This document shows, piece after piece, positions 25,454 through 38,624 of a stretch of 64,000 nt of DNA. Source of the DNA: Octopus sinensis (Eukaryota); the NCBI RefSeq assembly GCF_006345805.1, contig NC_043008.1, positions 67,766,001 through 67,830,000 on the forward strand. Reading direction: 5' to 3'. The number at the start of each line of letters is the position of its first letter. Positions within the stretch are counted from its first letter, which is position 1. The position numbers and the translations under genes are program-made. Under the pieces are notes generated by a model. That model made no database searches. It saw only the letters and a list, made by a program, of their open reading frames with translations, and had not been told where the DNA came from.

Positions 25454-25833
25454 GAATTTGAAACTAATATTATCGTTATTATTGTTATTATTTTCCATTT
25501 TTTATGCTAGAAATTATCTTCACTACTCCTCCTACTACTACTACTACTACTACTAGTACTACTACTACCACTGCTGCTGCCACCACAACTGTTGCTGTTG
25601 TTGTTGCTGCTGTTACTACTTATTAAGAACTGTCAGCCACCTAAGTTATTTTAAAGAAAGTACACAATAATATTATGATATGCGCGAACTTCCAACATTC
25701 TTTGAATGCCTAGCATGTGTGATTCTAACGTTGCAGATTCAGGTACATGACAAGTACTGCATGTTTACTTTTGTATCATCCGATATCAGCTTGTTAATAA
25801 GGAGATGCTAGACATAAAACTTGGATATACATG

Positions 25834-25834
<1 letters not shown>

Positions 25835-25897
<63 letters not shown>

Positions 25898-25918
25898 ACA
25901 CACACACACACACACACA
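25835..25918. repeat. (CA)n microsatellite
   Basis: Directly visible. Confidence 0.97.
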
Positions 25919-26399
25919 TTCTCCTCTACAAGAATTATGCTTTTTTGCGTGTAACCTATCAATTATTGGATAATATTTTAGAAAGCAGTTTATTTACATT
26001 ACCGGCACACAAGCAGTGGTAGGAAGTAAGAGTGAATCGTTTGTTCGAGAAGCCTGGAGTTAAATTGGTCTGTAGATGTTATGCAAGCGATGTTATGCAA
26101 TGACGCCGCAACTCATTTCTACAGCTGAGTGAACTGGATCAACGGAAAATATTGTCTTGCTCAAGAACACAACACACAGCCCAGTCCGGGCATTAAACTC
26201 ACAACATCATAATTGTGAGCCCGACGTTCTAACCACTGAGCCATACATACATATACATACATGTGTGTGTGTGTGTGTGTGTGTGTTTCCTGTATCAATA
26301 GTTGATCTTCCGCATGATTGGAAGCATTTATAGCGGTCTTAGCTACTGCTGTGATTTATATTTCTTTTAATACCCACTTGTTCTTATGTTATCCTAGGT

Positions 26400-27170
26400 T
26401 TTAACAATCATTTTTAGCATGGCATTCAAAAGCTTCACTTTTAGATTAGATAAAGTTGCTTTCGTTTTTCACAATTTCTGCTGTTGCTCCTTTCTCCTCA
26501 CCAGTCTCTCTTTTGTATTTATTGGCTCGCTTGAAGAGAGAAAACCGTTTCATTTTCTTTTATTCGTATATTACAGCTACTTCTATTTTCCCATTATCTT
26601 TATTTTATACTTTCAGACTCTTACAGTGAATATCTTTATAATAGTTTTTAAGTTGCGTAACACTTAACATTTTGCATTTATAGCAAGTGTAATATTTCTT
26701 TGTCAGCTTTTTGGATGAACACTTTAAATGCATTCATTACTGTCCCTTTCGTATCAACTTTTGTTAATTCACTTGTGGTTGAGAATATTAAATTATATTA
26801 CAACTACATTTGAGAATAATATAATTATTTCTAAATACTGGAACAGCTAACATTTTTTACAGTTAGCTCTTTGTTTTTTAGTAAAAAATCTATTAAAATT
26901 TTTTCTAATATTCTTTCCTGAGCATTGATGTCGCGTATGCGTGTTGTTCTCTGAGTAGTTTGTGAATTGCTAAGTATTAATAGATCTGTGTTTGGTTTAA
27001 TGCTTTTATCTCTGTTTATTTATCTAGCATAGCATTAGTGTTCTTAATTTCTCCACTTCAATATTGCTCTGGTACCTTACCATGGCTGATAGTTTCAGGA
27101 ACCAGATGTTGAGGTACACCGTCAGCAGCCTTCTTTTAGTCAATGGAAATGAATTGCTTTTGTTTTGTTT
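26400..27170 (-). mobile_element. Highly decayed R4/Dong-like RT C-terminal region
   Basis: Fragments EIKALNQTQIY*YL and HPKADKEILHL resemble the YKYLG and HPKAD..RLY motifs; many breaks. Confidence 0.4.
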
Positions 27171-29293
27171 TGTTTTGTTTTTACTTGTTGCTTTTTTTAT
27201 GGCAGTTCTTTATCGCTTGTGATATAATTGCACTTAAAGCTTTGTACGGTGTAGGAAGATTGAGTGAGAAATTATATTGCGCTATTTAGTTACATACATC
27301 TTGACAAGAATTGTAGCCCAAAGGAAGGGTTGGTACTTCTAAAATGCTGGCTCTCCTTAAGCCAAGACAATTTGGTGAAATGTTGAAAGTGAGGAATCGC
27401 TTTACAAGAGGAATTTTATTTGGGGTGAGGTATTTTAGACGAATACACACACACATACACACGCAGGCCGTAGTCAGAACTAGACCACATCCTAAATGAA
27501 AGCGAGGAACTGAAAAAAATTCTTTCCTTATTGCGCACCCAGTTGCAATAGACGAAGCACCCGTCATTTTAAACGTTCTACTACTGCTAACAACAGTGAC
27601 TTGTTCTTAGATATCGGTACCTATTTACCCTTTGGTGGACGAAGCCATTCAACTATGCTGCTACTATGAACCAGTGGTTGAACCTCAAGATGCTCTTTCA
27701 ACTTGACAAAGATAACAGCTTCAGCTTCCTCCAAATGACACTCTTAGATAATGAACTCACTGGAATATGAAATTTCAGATACCAAAAAACAAAACTGTAA
27801 TGGCATGAATGGAACGCCTTTTATGATGGGTCTGCTGATGGGGTGTAAATTATAACTCAGCCATCCGTTTCTCGACAACGCACATTACAAATACTGCGAT
27901 TGCACAGCTCGTAGTCATCCAGGCATATTGTACCCTGTCACACCGTTCATCATTAACCCCTCGAGTATACTATGACACCTTTGGCAGAATTGTCAGTAAG
28001 TCACAGAAAATACCTTACATTTATTCCTTCTGGTTCCTTATTTTCTGAACTGAAATCCCATCAAGTACAACTTTGTCTTTCATCCATTCGGGGTCGATAA
28101 ACTAAAATAAAAAAACAAACCAATGAAGTACTGAGGTCGATGTAATAAAGTGAATCCCCATCCCTAAGATTGTTGGCCTTGTGCTTAAATAAGAAATAGT
28201 TATATCTTTTATCATCCAAGCATACAGTGACCTCTATTAAAGAGGAACGTTAACCTTCAAAATATACCCTTGACTTTTATTATAGAGGTTTCTATCCACC
28301 CGGATATGCTGTGACACCTGTTACGCTTATCGCTATTCACCCCTTAACAATGATAGCTGTTCACCTGTTACACAGGTCACCACTCACCCAGACATATTTT
28401 GGTATTTATACAAACCAAATCATTCATAGTGTGTCTAGATCATCTACACAGACCGTGACCGACATCTATTACGATACAAAGTCTGCTAGAAATAACACAC
28501 TCTCTCAGAACACACTCTCCTTTCTCAAAACCCGAAGGTCACATTAGATAATGCTCTTCTAAATACATTATGTTTGAAACTAGGATTGTCATGGTTGGAA
28601 CAACTTTGATTATAGGCCTGGCTGTATCGTCAGGACTAAACAGGGGCTATGGGACAGCAGCAGCAACAACAGTAACAACAATAACACTACAAACATCCAG
28701 CAGGGAATATACGAATCCACAAACAGTCTTTGTCTGGTGCTAGAAATAACAGCCAAATTTCCTTCAAATTGCTTCCTACCGTTTTAAAAGGGGAAGGATT
28801 CAATAGAAAAAGAAGACCTAGATTACACTATGTCTAGAAAGAATGAAGGGATGGTCGTGGTTGGTATACCTTTCATAATAGATTTATCTACGGAATCGCT
28901 GGAGAACTCGACTGAACAACAACAATAACCCACCAACCAATTTAAACTAATTTAACCAAACAATTTCTTTTGTTTATATTATTTCCGAATAATTTCCTTC
29001 AGCAGACATTCCACCACCAGCTGTCGTCGCTAAAATATCAATACTTTTCGTTGGGCTTCAGCGTTGGTGTTGTAATAGAATTTGTTGTTGCATTCCTCGT
29101 GTTTATTTCGTTTAGCATTTATAAGTCGAAAGTAAATAAACCCTTAATCTTCAAGCATACAAACATCTAGACATACACACATAATCTCCCACCACAACCT
29201 CCCACGGCCAGCATCAGCATCAGCATTAGAATCTCCTTTGTTACAGTATCCTTGATTCAGCTCCCCTACTGACAACAATTGGCCATATTTAGC

Positions 29294-29343
<50 letters not shown>

Positions 29344-29514
29344 ACTTTTTGCTTTACTTCTCTTATCCCTTTTCCCTTCTCTGATTGTGTACTTCGTTCT
29401 TTCGCTGCCACCATCTTATTTTTCTTTATTATTTTTTTGTTCTTTATATATTTTTTCTAACAACCGAAAATAAAACACATTGTTCACTGGTGTTTCACTC
29501 ACTCTCTTTCTCTC

Positions 29515-29559
<45 letters not shown>

Positions 29560-30341
29560 GTCTATCTATCTATCTATTTATCCATCTATCTATTTCTCAA
29601 GGCACCTGATTTTAATTCACGAAAGCTCGACTAAAATTTTGAGTTTTTTCATGTTTTTTAAAAAAAATTTTTTTATCGAAACCCCACTTTCTTACATTTT
29701 TTCCTCATATGTTAACTTGGCTCTTTCGTCTCAATTCAACAAATTTTGATAGTCACCATCTTTGCCATAACTGTCGGGAATTTATTTTTATTTTTCTAAA
29801 TATTATTATGCAACTGAGAGAATCGTTGGAACGTCTGGAAAATACCTTGTGGTATTTCTTCTTGCCCTTAACGTTCTGTATTCAAATCACACCGAGAACA
29901 ACTCTTCTGTTTAAAGTTACTATTATCAATGATGTGGACTGACCCCCCTCCCCATAAAATTTATGGGTTTTGGGCTGGTACTTAAATTAGAAACAATTAT
30001 TGAGGGTGGTGAGCTTAGTAAAACGTTAGAACGTTGCAAAAAGTACTTTGTTGTGTTTCTTTATGATCTGAGTTCAGATCTCACCAACGTCAACTTTGCC
30101 TTTCATCTGCCCAAAGTCATTAAAATAAATCTCAGAAGATAGTGTTCTTCTTATCAAGTAAGAATGGTAAATTAATGGAAACAGTAGGAAGGATCCTATA
30201 TTTCTTTTGATAACTGTTATTTTGCGGATGTAAGGCGTATGCTGGCAATATTTAGTGACGGTGCTTTACGTTCTAAGTTCAGAAGGAAATTTTGTCGACG
30301 TCCAGTTTTCTTTTGTCTTTATCGATAAAATGGGAGGGAAA

Positions 30342-30500
30342 ATGTAGAGTATAAAGAAACTGTAAACGTACCACGTAAAATGTAGAGTACCGGAAAAACG
30401 AGTAGAGTACAGGATAAAGCGTGGGTTCGCAGAGAAAGTGTAGAGCACCGGAAAAAGTAGTGTATAGTACCCGAGAAATAGTAGAGTACCGGAGAAACCC
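30342..30500 (+). repeat. Degenerate minisatellite (GTAGAGTACCGGAAAAA-like, ~19-30 bp unit) attached to a SINE A body
   Basis: About 6 copies of the GTAGAGTAC core after a SINE body at ~30255-30335. Confidence 0.75.
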
Positions 30501-31065
30501 TAAAATATCGAAGAATTTGTAGTTTAGCAGCAACTGTGAAATGTCGGAGAAAATATTAAGTTCAATATGCTTTGTCCAAATTCAAATTTATTCTCCACCA
30601 CTCCTGAGTGGACGAAATACTGTAATGAATGTAAATGCTATAAATGTTGGAAGAAAACTCCAGTAAACAATGCAAGTGAAGAGCTACTTAAAATATGCAA
30701 GATGCCACTAAATGAAAACAAAGAGAAAAGATATTGACACCTTACGTTGTTTAATGATCCTAATGTTTCGGTCTGACCTACCGTTAACAGTTCATTTCTG
30801 CAAACTCTTCGATTACTTCCTGTCTTTTAGTTAAAAACTGGAATGTTTCCCGAAATATTAGAATCGTTAAAGAACTTATGTAAGGTGCGATGTCTTTCTT
30901 TTTGATTTGATTTATTGACATCGCCTTACGTATTTATCCTAATTTCTCACTTGCATTGCTGGCAGAATCGTTAGCGGCGTTCGTCCGTCTTTATGTTCTG
31001 ATTTCAAATTCCACCAAGGTCCACTTTGCCTTTCATCCTTTTGGGGTTGATGAACTAAGTACTAG

Positions 31066-31395
31066 CTATGCACTCATGATAGACTCGGCCGGTAGGCGGA
31101 TTCGTCCCACACGTGACAGTAGCCGTTCGGCATAAGCCCACAGGTCTGAAATGGTTGGACATTGCACGAGTGCGTGCAGAACGGTTTCGTCGCTCTGACC
31201 GCATCTCGGGCAAGTCGGTCCAGTGTGTCTGGAACCGTGTCTGTAGAGCTTATCCCGAACAGGTAATGCTTCTCGATAGCACTGCCAGGTCAGGGATCTT
31301 TGGTGATTGTTCATAGGTCCCGGCCCGAAAGCTGTCCTGAACAGGCGGGTCAGGTGTTCCTCGTCGAGGCCCAGACTCTACCCGAGTTCGTCGTC

Positions 31396-31398
<3 letters not shown>
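31066..31398 (-). mobile_element. Tx1/L1-like ORF2 C-terminal zf-RVT fragment
   Basis: RSLTWQCYREALPVRDKL...CPRCGQSDETVLHALVQCP (CX2C..H...C). Confidence 0.85.
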
Positions 31399-31443
<45 letters not shown>

Positions 31444-31584
31444 GTAGATAGATAGATAGATAGATAATACTATAAATGCTGAGTAGACAGTGTTCCTACT
31501 GATGGGCAGTAGTGTCTGTGTGTGTGAGGGAGAGAGAGAGAGAGAGGTCAGGAGAGAGAGACTGAGTGAGTGTGCGTGCGTGTA

Positions 31585-31918
31585 TGAGGTGCGTTCAAGA
31601 AGTACTTGATGTTACTTTCCCCACCAAAGCTAATGCTGTGTGGGCAAAATCGTTTGGGTGGGAGGTAACACCACCCTTCTTGCGCATGAATGAAACTTTT
31701 CGTGCCAGTGGACCGCGTCAGCTCTGGGTTATTACGTCTAGAGTATAGACGTGTAGTGCGCACTCGTAGAATTTTCGTTTTCACGCAAGAATATCGACGC
31801 GAAAAGTTCCACGCATGCGCAGGAAGAGTGGTGTCACCTTCCACCCAAAGGATTTTGCCCATACGACTTTACTTTTGGTGGAGAAAAATGAAGTCGGATC
31901 ATCATTAAACGTACCTCG
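31585..31918 (+). mobile_element. 334-bp mariner-derived MITE
   Basis: TIRs TGAGGTGCGTTCAA / TTAAACGTACCTCG flanked by TA; residual D-FAH-DF-like (DLAPxDF) coding patch near 31851. Confidence 0.8.
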
Positions 31919-31979
31919 TATCTATGTATGTACGTATGTTTGTGTGTGTGTGTGTGAGAGAGAGAGATAGAGAGAGAGA

Positions 31980-32019
<40 letters not shown>

Positions 32020-32021
32020 AT

Positions 32022-32053
<32 letters not shown>

Positions 32054-32267
32054 ATGCGTACGTGTCTTTATATCGTTGTCTGTCCCCTACTATTGATTAA
32101 CAAGGGTCTCGATTCCTGTAACTTACCAGTCCGGCAAAATATATCGATATAATAGACTTCAAAAACAAAAATGTACTGAGGTCAATTCGTTCCATTACAA
32201 TTCTTCAAGGCGGTACCCCAGCATGTTGACAGTCTAACCGGAACAAGCAAAAGATAAACGGTATATA

Positions 32268-33342
32268 CTAGGTTGTTTCACACGAAATGTTGCATTTTTA
32301 ATTACTTGTTATTTCAGACATATAATAACTCAATTATGTATACTTTGCATTTAATTTTGACTCTTTTTCTTTCCCAACAATATTGCTATACAAAATTCGT
32401 ACCCACATACCTTATGAAAATGATACCAACCAAACTATGTTGAGTGACTTTCTCGTATGAATACAAACTGGGTCATTCTGCCATAGAAGCTCTACGGAAT
32501 ATCAAGCGGGCCTTTGATAATGGTTTTGTTGACATCAGAACTGTTCAGAGATGGTTCCAAAGCTCTCGTTCAGATGATAGCCTTGAAAATAAACCAAGGG
32601 GTAGGCCAAAATCAGTTATTCGACATGATGGATTAAATGCTTTGATTGAACAAAATCTGAGAACAAAGGTTCGAAAACTTTCATCAGAACTCCAAATCTC
32701 TCGCACACCTGTTTTTGGACACCTGTAAAAAAATTGGAAAAGTCAAGAAAACGGATAGGTTTGTTCCACATCAATTGAATGAAATTAAAAAGAAACAGAT
32801 GCCTTGAAGTGTGCTCCTTATTGCTTTCTCAACTGGAAAAAGACCATTTTTGCATCAAATCATTACTTGTGATGAGAAATGGATACTCTTTGACAACAGC
32901 AGAAGAACATGACAATAATTAGATGCAGGAGAGTCACCTAAACATTACTCAAACCCACAATTGTACCCTAAAAAGTTAGTGGTCACTGTATGTTGGTCTG
33001 CGAAGGGAGTTATTCATTACTCATTTTTGCAACAAAGAAAAACGGTAACAGCAACATCTTATTGCCAGAAAACTGATTGTATGCATGAGAATTTGAAAAA
33101 GAAGCAACCCGGATTAGTGAATAGAAATGACCCAATTTTGCTCCATGATAATGCACGTCCTCACACTCCTCAAGCTACGGTCCAAAAGTTAGCAGGCCTG
33201 CATTATGAGATTTTGCAGCATCCTCCCTATTACCCTGATATCTCTCCTACTGATCATCACTTATTTAAGCATTTTGAGGTTTTCATAAGCAATAAAACCT
33301 TCTTAAATAGAGAAGAGGTAACTGAAGCATTCGGACAGTTTT
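32268..33342 (+). mobile_element. Mariner transposase pseudogene, 3' end replaced
   Basis: HTH (EYKLGHSAIEALRNI...TVQRWF...PRGRP), FVPHQL, TCDEKW, LLHDNARPH and HPPYYPDISPTDHHLF (DD34D); several frameshifts and stops; left TIR CTAGGTTG after TA. Confidence 0.92.
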
Positions 33343-33454
33343 TTTTGCCCATGCGACTTTACTTTTGGTGGAGAAAAATGAAGTCGGATCATCATTAAAC
33401 GTACCTCGTATCTATGTATGTACGTATGTTTGTGTGTGTGTGAGAGAGAGAGAG
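33343..33454 (+). repeat. Direct copy of 31853-~31966 (MITE right end plus its flank)
   Basis: Near-identical sequence at offset 1490 that includes DNA beyond the TIR and TA. Confidence 0.92.
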
Positions 33455-33589
33455 GGAGAGGGAGAGAGAGGGAGAGATTAATTTTTTTTAAAGATAGAAT
33501 ATATGACATAGAGAAATGTTGGGTAAACGTCATAAATGAAGATGGATCATATTTGATCAAATAAATGAGCTCTCTAACACTTCTGAATA

Positions 33590-34275
33590 GCGGGGCAGAA
33601 TCTACTGAGGTCATGATCATCTAAATAGTTACTGTCATAGCATAGATTGAGGAGGAGGCCCAGTTACCTCGTGTTGACCTTACGGAATTCCATCTTACTC
33701 TAACAGATTACCTGAATGCATTTCTCCACAGCAGAATTTATGTCTATAAATGGGTAGAGCGAAATCACATCCATACTACCCACTACACAACCTGTGGGAT
33801 CGTTGGAGTGGTTGCAAGTACTGATTTTACTGAGGAGATCTTCCGTACTCACTCAGACATCCGGAGACATCTCTATGAGAGGTCGTGATACCTGTGAGAG
33901 GAAGTAGGACAGTCTATAGTTGCTAGAGATGTTCGCTCCCGAAACTGGTCTGGTTGGGGGCCCCACGACAGGGTTTATTTTATGTAGGGTTTGTGGTCTT
34001 TGCGTAACCCATATAGTGTAGGAATATCATTGTTGGATGCTTAGAAATTGTGTGCCGTCCTCTTTATAGGTTGGAGTATGTTGCACTACATTCCCATGAG
34101 GAGTTTTTTCCACTCTTTCATGAGGAGTTTTTTCCACTCTTTCATGTTCCTGTGGTGTAACTTCTCTCACGCTACTGATGTGTTGTTGCATGGTCTGGAC
34201 ATAGTTCTGTGGGCTGCCTATTGACAGTCTGCCAGACTTGTCCGTAGGGAGGCACACTAATTCTCTGTCCTCCAT
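33590..34275 (-). mobile_element. Penelope-like reverse transcriptase remnant
   Basis: LVCLPTDKSG, a YKDHKP..PTRPVSGAN-like segment and VVGSMDVISLYPFID are Penelope RT motifs; 24-bp internal tandem duplication at ~34094-34141. Confidence 0.75.
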
Positions 34276-34596
34276 ACTCTACCAATATGCCAAAGACCAA
34301 CATGGAGGCAACTTGGGTCAATTTGACATCCGCATCTTACCCAAGCATCCAAAAGACCCAACACTCAGACAAATACGGGAGTACGTCCTTATAAATGAAA
34401 CTTCCCCAATACTAAATAGGAAATGTACATAGTAGATATCATACACCCATACCCACAGTTTACACAGGTGGGTATGAGTTAAATTATAAGGCACAAAAAG
34501 AAAATAACTCTCCCCAGACACAACAGACTATGCTTCAACACACGAACTCACATAAGGAGTCTTGCAAACCAAATCCCAAAACGATATATATATACA

Positions 34597-34653
34597 TGTG
34601 TGTGTGTGTGTGTGTGTGTGTGAGTGTGTGTGTGAGTGTGTGTGTGAGTGTGT

Positions 34654-34727
<74 letters not shown>
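34597..34727. repeat. (TG)n with (TGTGTGTGAG) higher-order variants
   Basis: Directly visible. Confidence 0.96.
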
Positions 34728-34729
<2 letters not shown>

Positions 34730-35122
34730 CATTCAGCCTCACACTCAGATAAACACAGATATGCACAACTATAAATTTTGGAGGACATTTTTGAACAAAA
34801 GAAACAATTCTAGACGTCCTTCACAGAAAAAGTATACCAATTGTTTAACATAAACAATTTTACCAAATGTTCGCGCACACAGACACACATACCTATATGC
34901 ATGTATTTGTGTGTGTGTGTGTATGTATTTGTATGCATGCGTATATGACGCTGTTTATGTGCAAGTATAAATTTCAGTCTACATATATATACACTCAGGC
35001 ACACATACACACACGTGCGTGTTGATATTTCTTAAATACATATATGTGTATTGTACATCTGTACATGTGTGTGTGTGCGCTTGCTTGTGTGTGCATTCTA
35101 TGTCTGTACAAATATACATATG

Positions 35123-35197
<75 letters not shown>

Positions 35198-35245
35198 CAT
35201 TATATATTTCTTTAAAGTACTTGCACAATGTATGTGTTTTTGCTA

Positions 35246-35287
<42 letters not shown>

Positions 35288-36074
35288 ATAAATTAGGAAT
35301 AAGTTCACATATGCTCGTTAAACAAATATAGATTCAGCCTCGATGTATAAACAAAACATAGGCTTTATTTACATAATGGAAACTAGTCGAGTTGTTCTCA
35401 GGTCCATCCAGCAGAGAAATCCCTACGGCGTAACCACAAAGTCTATTTACACAACGAGGTATGGTTGTTCATCAAACAGACATATGCGAATTTACTCACA
35501 CATTGTGATCTCAGAATTTCAGTTATTTCATATACATTATAAATGAATTGTACTTATATATACACTTTATATTATATATTGAGAGATAGATATAGATATA
35601 GAAATACACTATGTATGCGAACATACATAGTTATATATATATATGTATAAATATGCATCTGTGTGTGCATATGTGTGTATGTATGTTTGTGTGTATGCAA
35701 GTATATATATACTATTATAAATATGTGAAACCAACGCCCGTTGCGAGTATGTTTGTCATGACTAGCTATAAACTGTTTATTCTCTCTCTCTTTCTCCCTG
35801 TGTGTCTTACTTGCTGTATCCGTCTCTCTCTCCATCTATCTATTTATATATATATATATATGTATATATATAATAAATCTCTTAACGAGGCATAAACAGT
35901 AGCTGCACGACAATGTGAAGTATATTTGCCACTTAAATGTGGCTAACCACTAAGGGTAGTGCTATTGTAGCTTGTAGATCCAGGAGAACATCTTCTCCAT
36001 CTGGCTATTGATACACTTTCTGTGCCCTATCAGTATTTGCAAAGGGAAGCCATCCTTCCCATCGTCGACCTGAC

Positions 36075-36134
36075 GTGATACGTTCGGACCCGGGTTTCTG
36101 GGTAAATTACCCGTCGTCAGCGCACGACAATCAC
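36075..36134 (-). ncRNA. Type I hammerhead ribozyme-like motif
   Basis: Minus strand GTGATTGTCGTGCG-CTGACGA-C-GGGTA-ATT-TACCC-A-GAAAC-CCGG-GTC-CGAACGTATCAC has all core nucleotides, a GUC cleavage triplet and stems I-III in the correct order. The 10.1-11.1 pair is C-A. Confidence 0.7.
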
Positions 36135-36194
36135 CGGTCTTCGATACGAAGGGGTCCCAATGCAAATACATATATCCTTTTTCCAGTGACGAAA

Positions 36195-36258
<64 letters not shown>

Positions 36259-36387
36259 CATATCTTTCTATCCCTTCAGCTTGTCTGTGAGTCTATACGT
36301 GTCTATATTGTCTGACTATCGATATATCTTTCTGTCTTTCTATTTCTCTTCTTTGTGCGTCTGTTTATCTATCTGTTAATCTATCTA

Positions 36388-37036
36388 CTAGGTGCATTCC
36401 AGAAGTTTTTAGACTTTTTAAGGAGAGACTTATTTATTTACAAAACGCTAATACGCGTTAAAGTAGGATCCTTTGACTTCTATGTACATGTTGCAGCATT
36501 CCAGCCATTTCGTGAAGGCCCCATTGAAGTTCTTGAATGTGAAAGTGTCCATGACTCCTGTCACAGACTAACTTCATTTTCCAAACGGCTGCCCTCGAGG
36601 TTTTTCATCACTTTGGAGAACAATCTAAAGTCACATGGAGCAAGGTTTGGACTGTAGGGAAAGTGGGGTATAGTTTTGATATCCACCTCAGTCAAATTGT
36701 TGGGTACCAGGATGCTCGAAACTCCGTACCATGGGAACAATTTTTCACAAATTTTGCTCATGTTCAGATCTTTATGAGTAATTCTGTATACAGTTGCCAA
36801 TCCAACTCCAAACTGTATGGTTGTTGTCTTTATAGCCATATAACAGTCTTCATCCGAAAATTGCATATTTCCTTAACCAACTCTAATTCTGACATTTCTC
36901 TCTCTTCCACACCCCTCATAATCTCTCATCGTTCTATTGTCCTTGCCAGCAAAAAGCCCATAAACAATTTCGTGCATTCCATAAGTTTCTGTAGCATTTT
37001 TGCCCAGATTAGCACAAAACTTTATTGCGTAAACTA
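36388..37036 (-). mobile_element. Internally deleted mariner
   Basis: VGLATVYRITHKDLNMSKICEKLFP fused to HFPYSPNLAPCDFRLFSKV; TIR CTAGGTGCATTCC after TA at 36386-36387. Confidence 0.8.
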
Positions 37037-37804
37037 GTCAGCTATGAGAAGCAATGTTTAGTAGGATGAGTTCAAAGTGCTGTTAAAGTCGGCAGGTCAC
37101 CTCATTAAATGTACAGTAATGATATACTGCAATTACATTAACCTAGGACAATTATAATTGCATTTCCTAGAAAAGTCTCAAAACCTCTGGAATGCACATC
37201 GCAGCTAACTATCTGTTTATCTTTCTATCTATCTATTTCTGTATGACAAACATGAATAAACAATTTAACAGGGTAGCAATAACCAGACGACACTAGTCGA
37301 TTAATTCACGGTTTCGTCCCTGTATGGGGAATCCCTGAACTTTAACCACAACGAAGTAATTTATTCAACGAAGATAAATGTAAGCCATGTATGTGAATTT
37401 AATCAGCATGTAAATGTCTGTGTGTACGCGAGCATGTGTGTGTGCTTGCGTAAATTTTATGTGTGTGTGTGTATGTGTTAATTTGTGTGTGCATTTGTGT
37501 GTATTTGTTCATTTGTGTGTATGCATGTAAATATAAACAACAGCCGACATTGTGAAATCTAGAACAGAGCAGGGCGTTTCGTTGGAGAAATTTGTTTTTG
37601 ATTTAGAAAACATATGCCATTCACTTGAAGCATTCAAACATGAATGGAAGCAAAACTTTTACATAAATTCTTCTAATAATACACAATTGGAAAATTCATG
37701 GAAGAAGAAATAAAGAGAGGCATGTTTTCAATTCATATTTAAACATTCTATTTTTGGTACAAGAACCGTCTTTGTCTCTTTATGAAGAGAATGGTAACAT
37801 ATAT

Positions 37805-37844
<40 letters not shown>

Positions 37845-38290
37845 GAGCGTATGTATACAGTGGGTTAACTTCATCGCAACTAAATTGTATGAGTCAGTTA
37901 AATATATTTAGTGCTTATGTGTATGTTTATTTTTACTTATATTTACATATTTTATTTAGAAATTATATTTATCTTTTCGTTAGAGCTTATTCTAGAGACT
38001 TAATGCATCACCCTAATTGTTTCAACTCTCTGCTTTCTGAGTTCAAACCACTGAGGTCATTATTGAAAGATATTAATGACTTTCAGTCATGCAACCACAA
38101 GTACATTATGCATGCTTTCAACCATGCATTAATGCATGCATAAAAGCATACGTGCATATATACATTACATGCATATAAGCAGACATGCACATATATATAT
38201 ATATATAAATTCAGATAAATATGATACTTAAGTTGAGGCACCAGAATTTAGTACGGTATTATCCATACAATTTCAAAATAAGATGATTAA

Positions 38291-38624
38291 AATCAAAATA
38301 AGCAACAAGGATATCCAGAGGTAATGCCGTACGATCGTTTCACGCAACTCCATTTAATTGAACAATGCAAGCATTACATCAATTTAAACGCAGAGCAATC
38401 TTCAGCTGCATAAAGACCTAGAATTCTATGTCTTTATGCAGCTGAGGATTGCTCTGCATTTAAATTGGTATAATGGTTGCATTGTTCAATTAAATGGAAT
38501 GCCGTTATGCAGCTGAGGATTGCTCTGCATTTAAATTGATGTAATGGTTGCATTGTTCAATTAAATGGAGTTGCGTGGAATGATTGTACTGCTTTACCTC
38601 TGGATATCCTTGTTGCTTATTTTG

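Noticed and set aside
27810-27945. RNase H-like remnants (FYDGS, TAIAQLVVIQAY)
   Set aside because: Only two short motifs in broken frames; too weak to call without a profile search.
36081-36110. GNLPRNPGP in ORF 35962-36261 (-), resembling a 2A ribosome-skipping peptide
   Set aside because: It lacks the D(V/I)E of DxExNPGP and no APE domain follows; the codons are explained by the hammerhead sequence GAAACCCGGGTCCG.
37295-37345. Minus-strand TCCC-cataca-GGGA-C-GAAAC as a hammerhead half
   Set aside because: No CUGANGA core upstream and no cleavage triplet or stem I.
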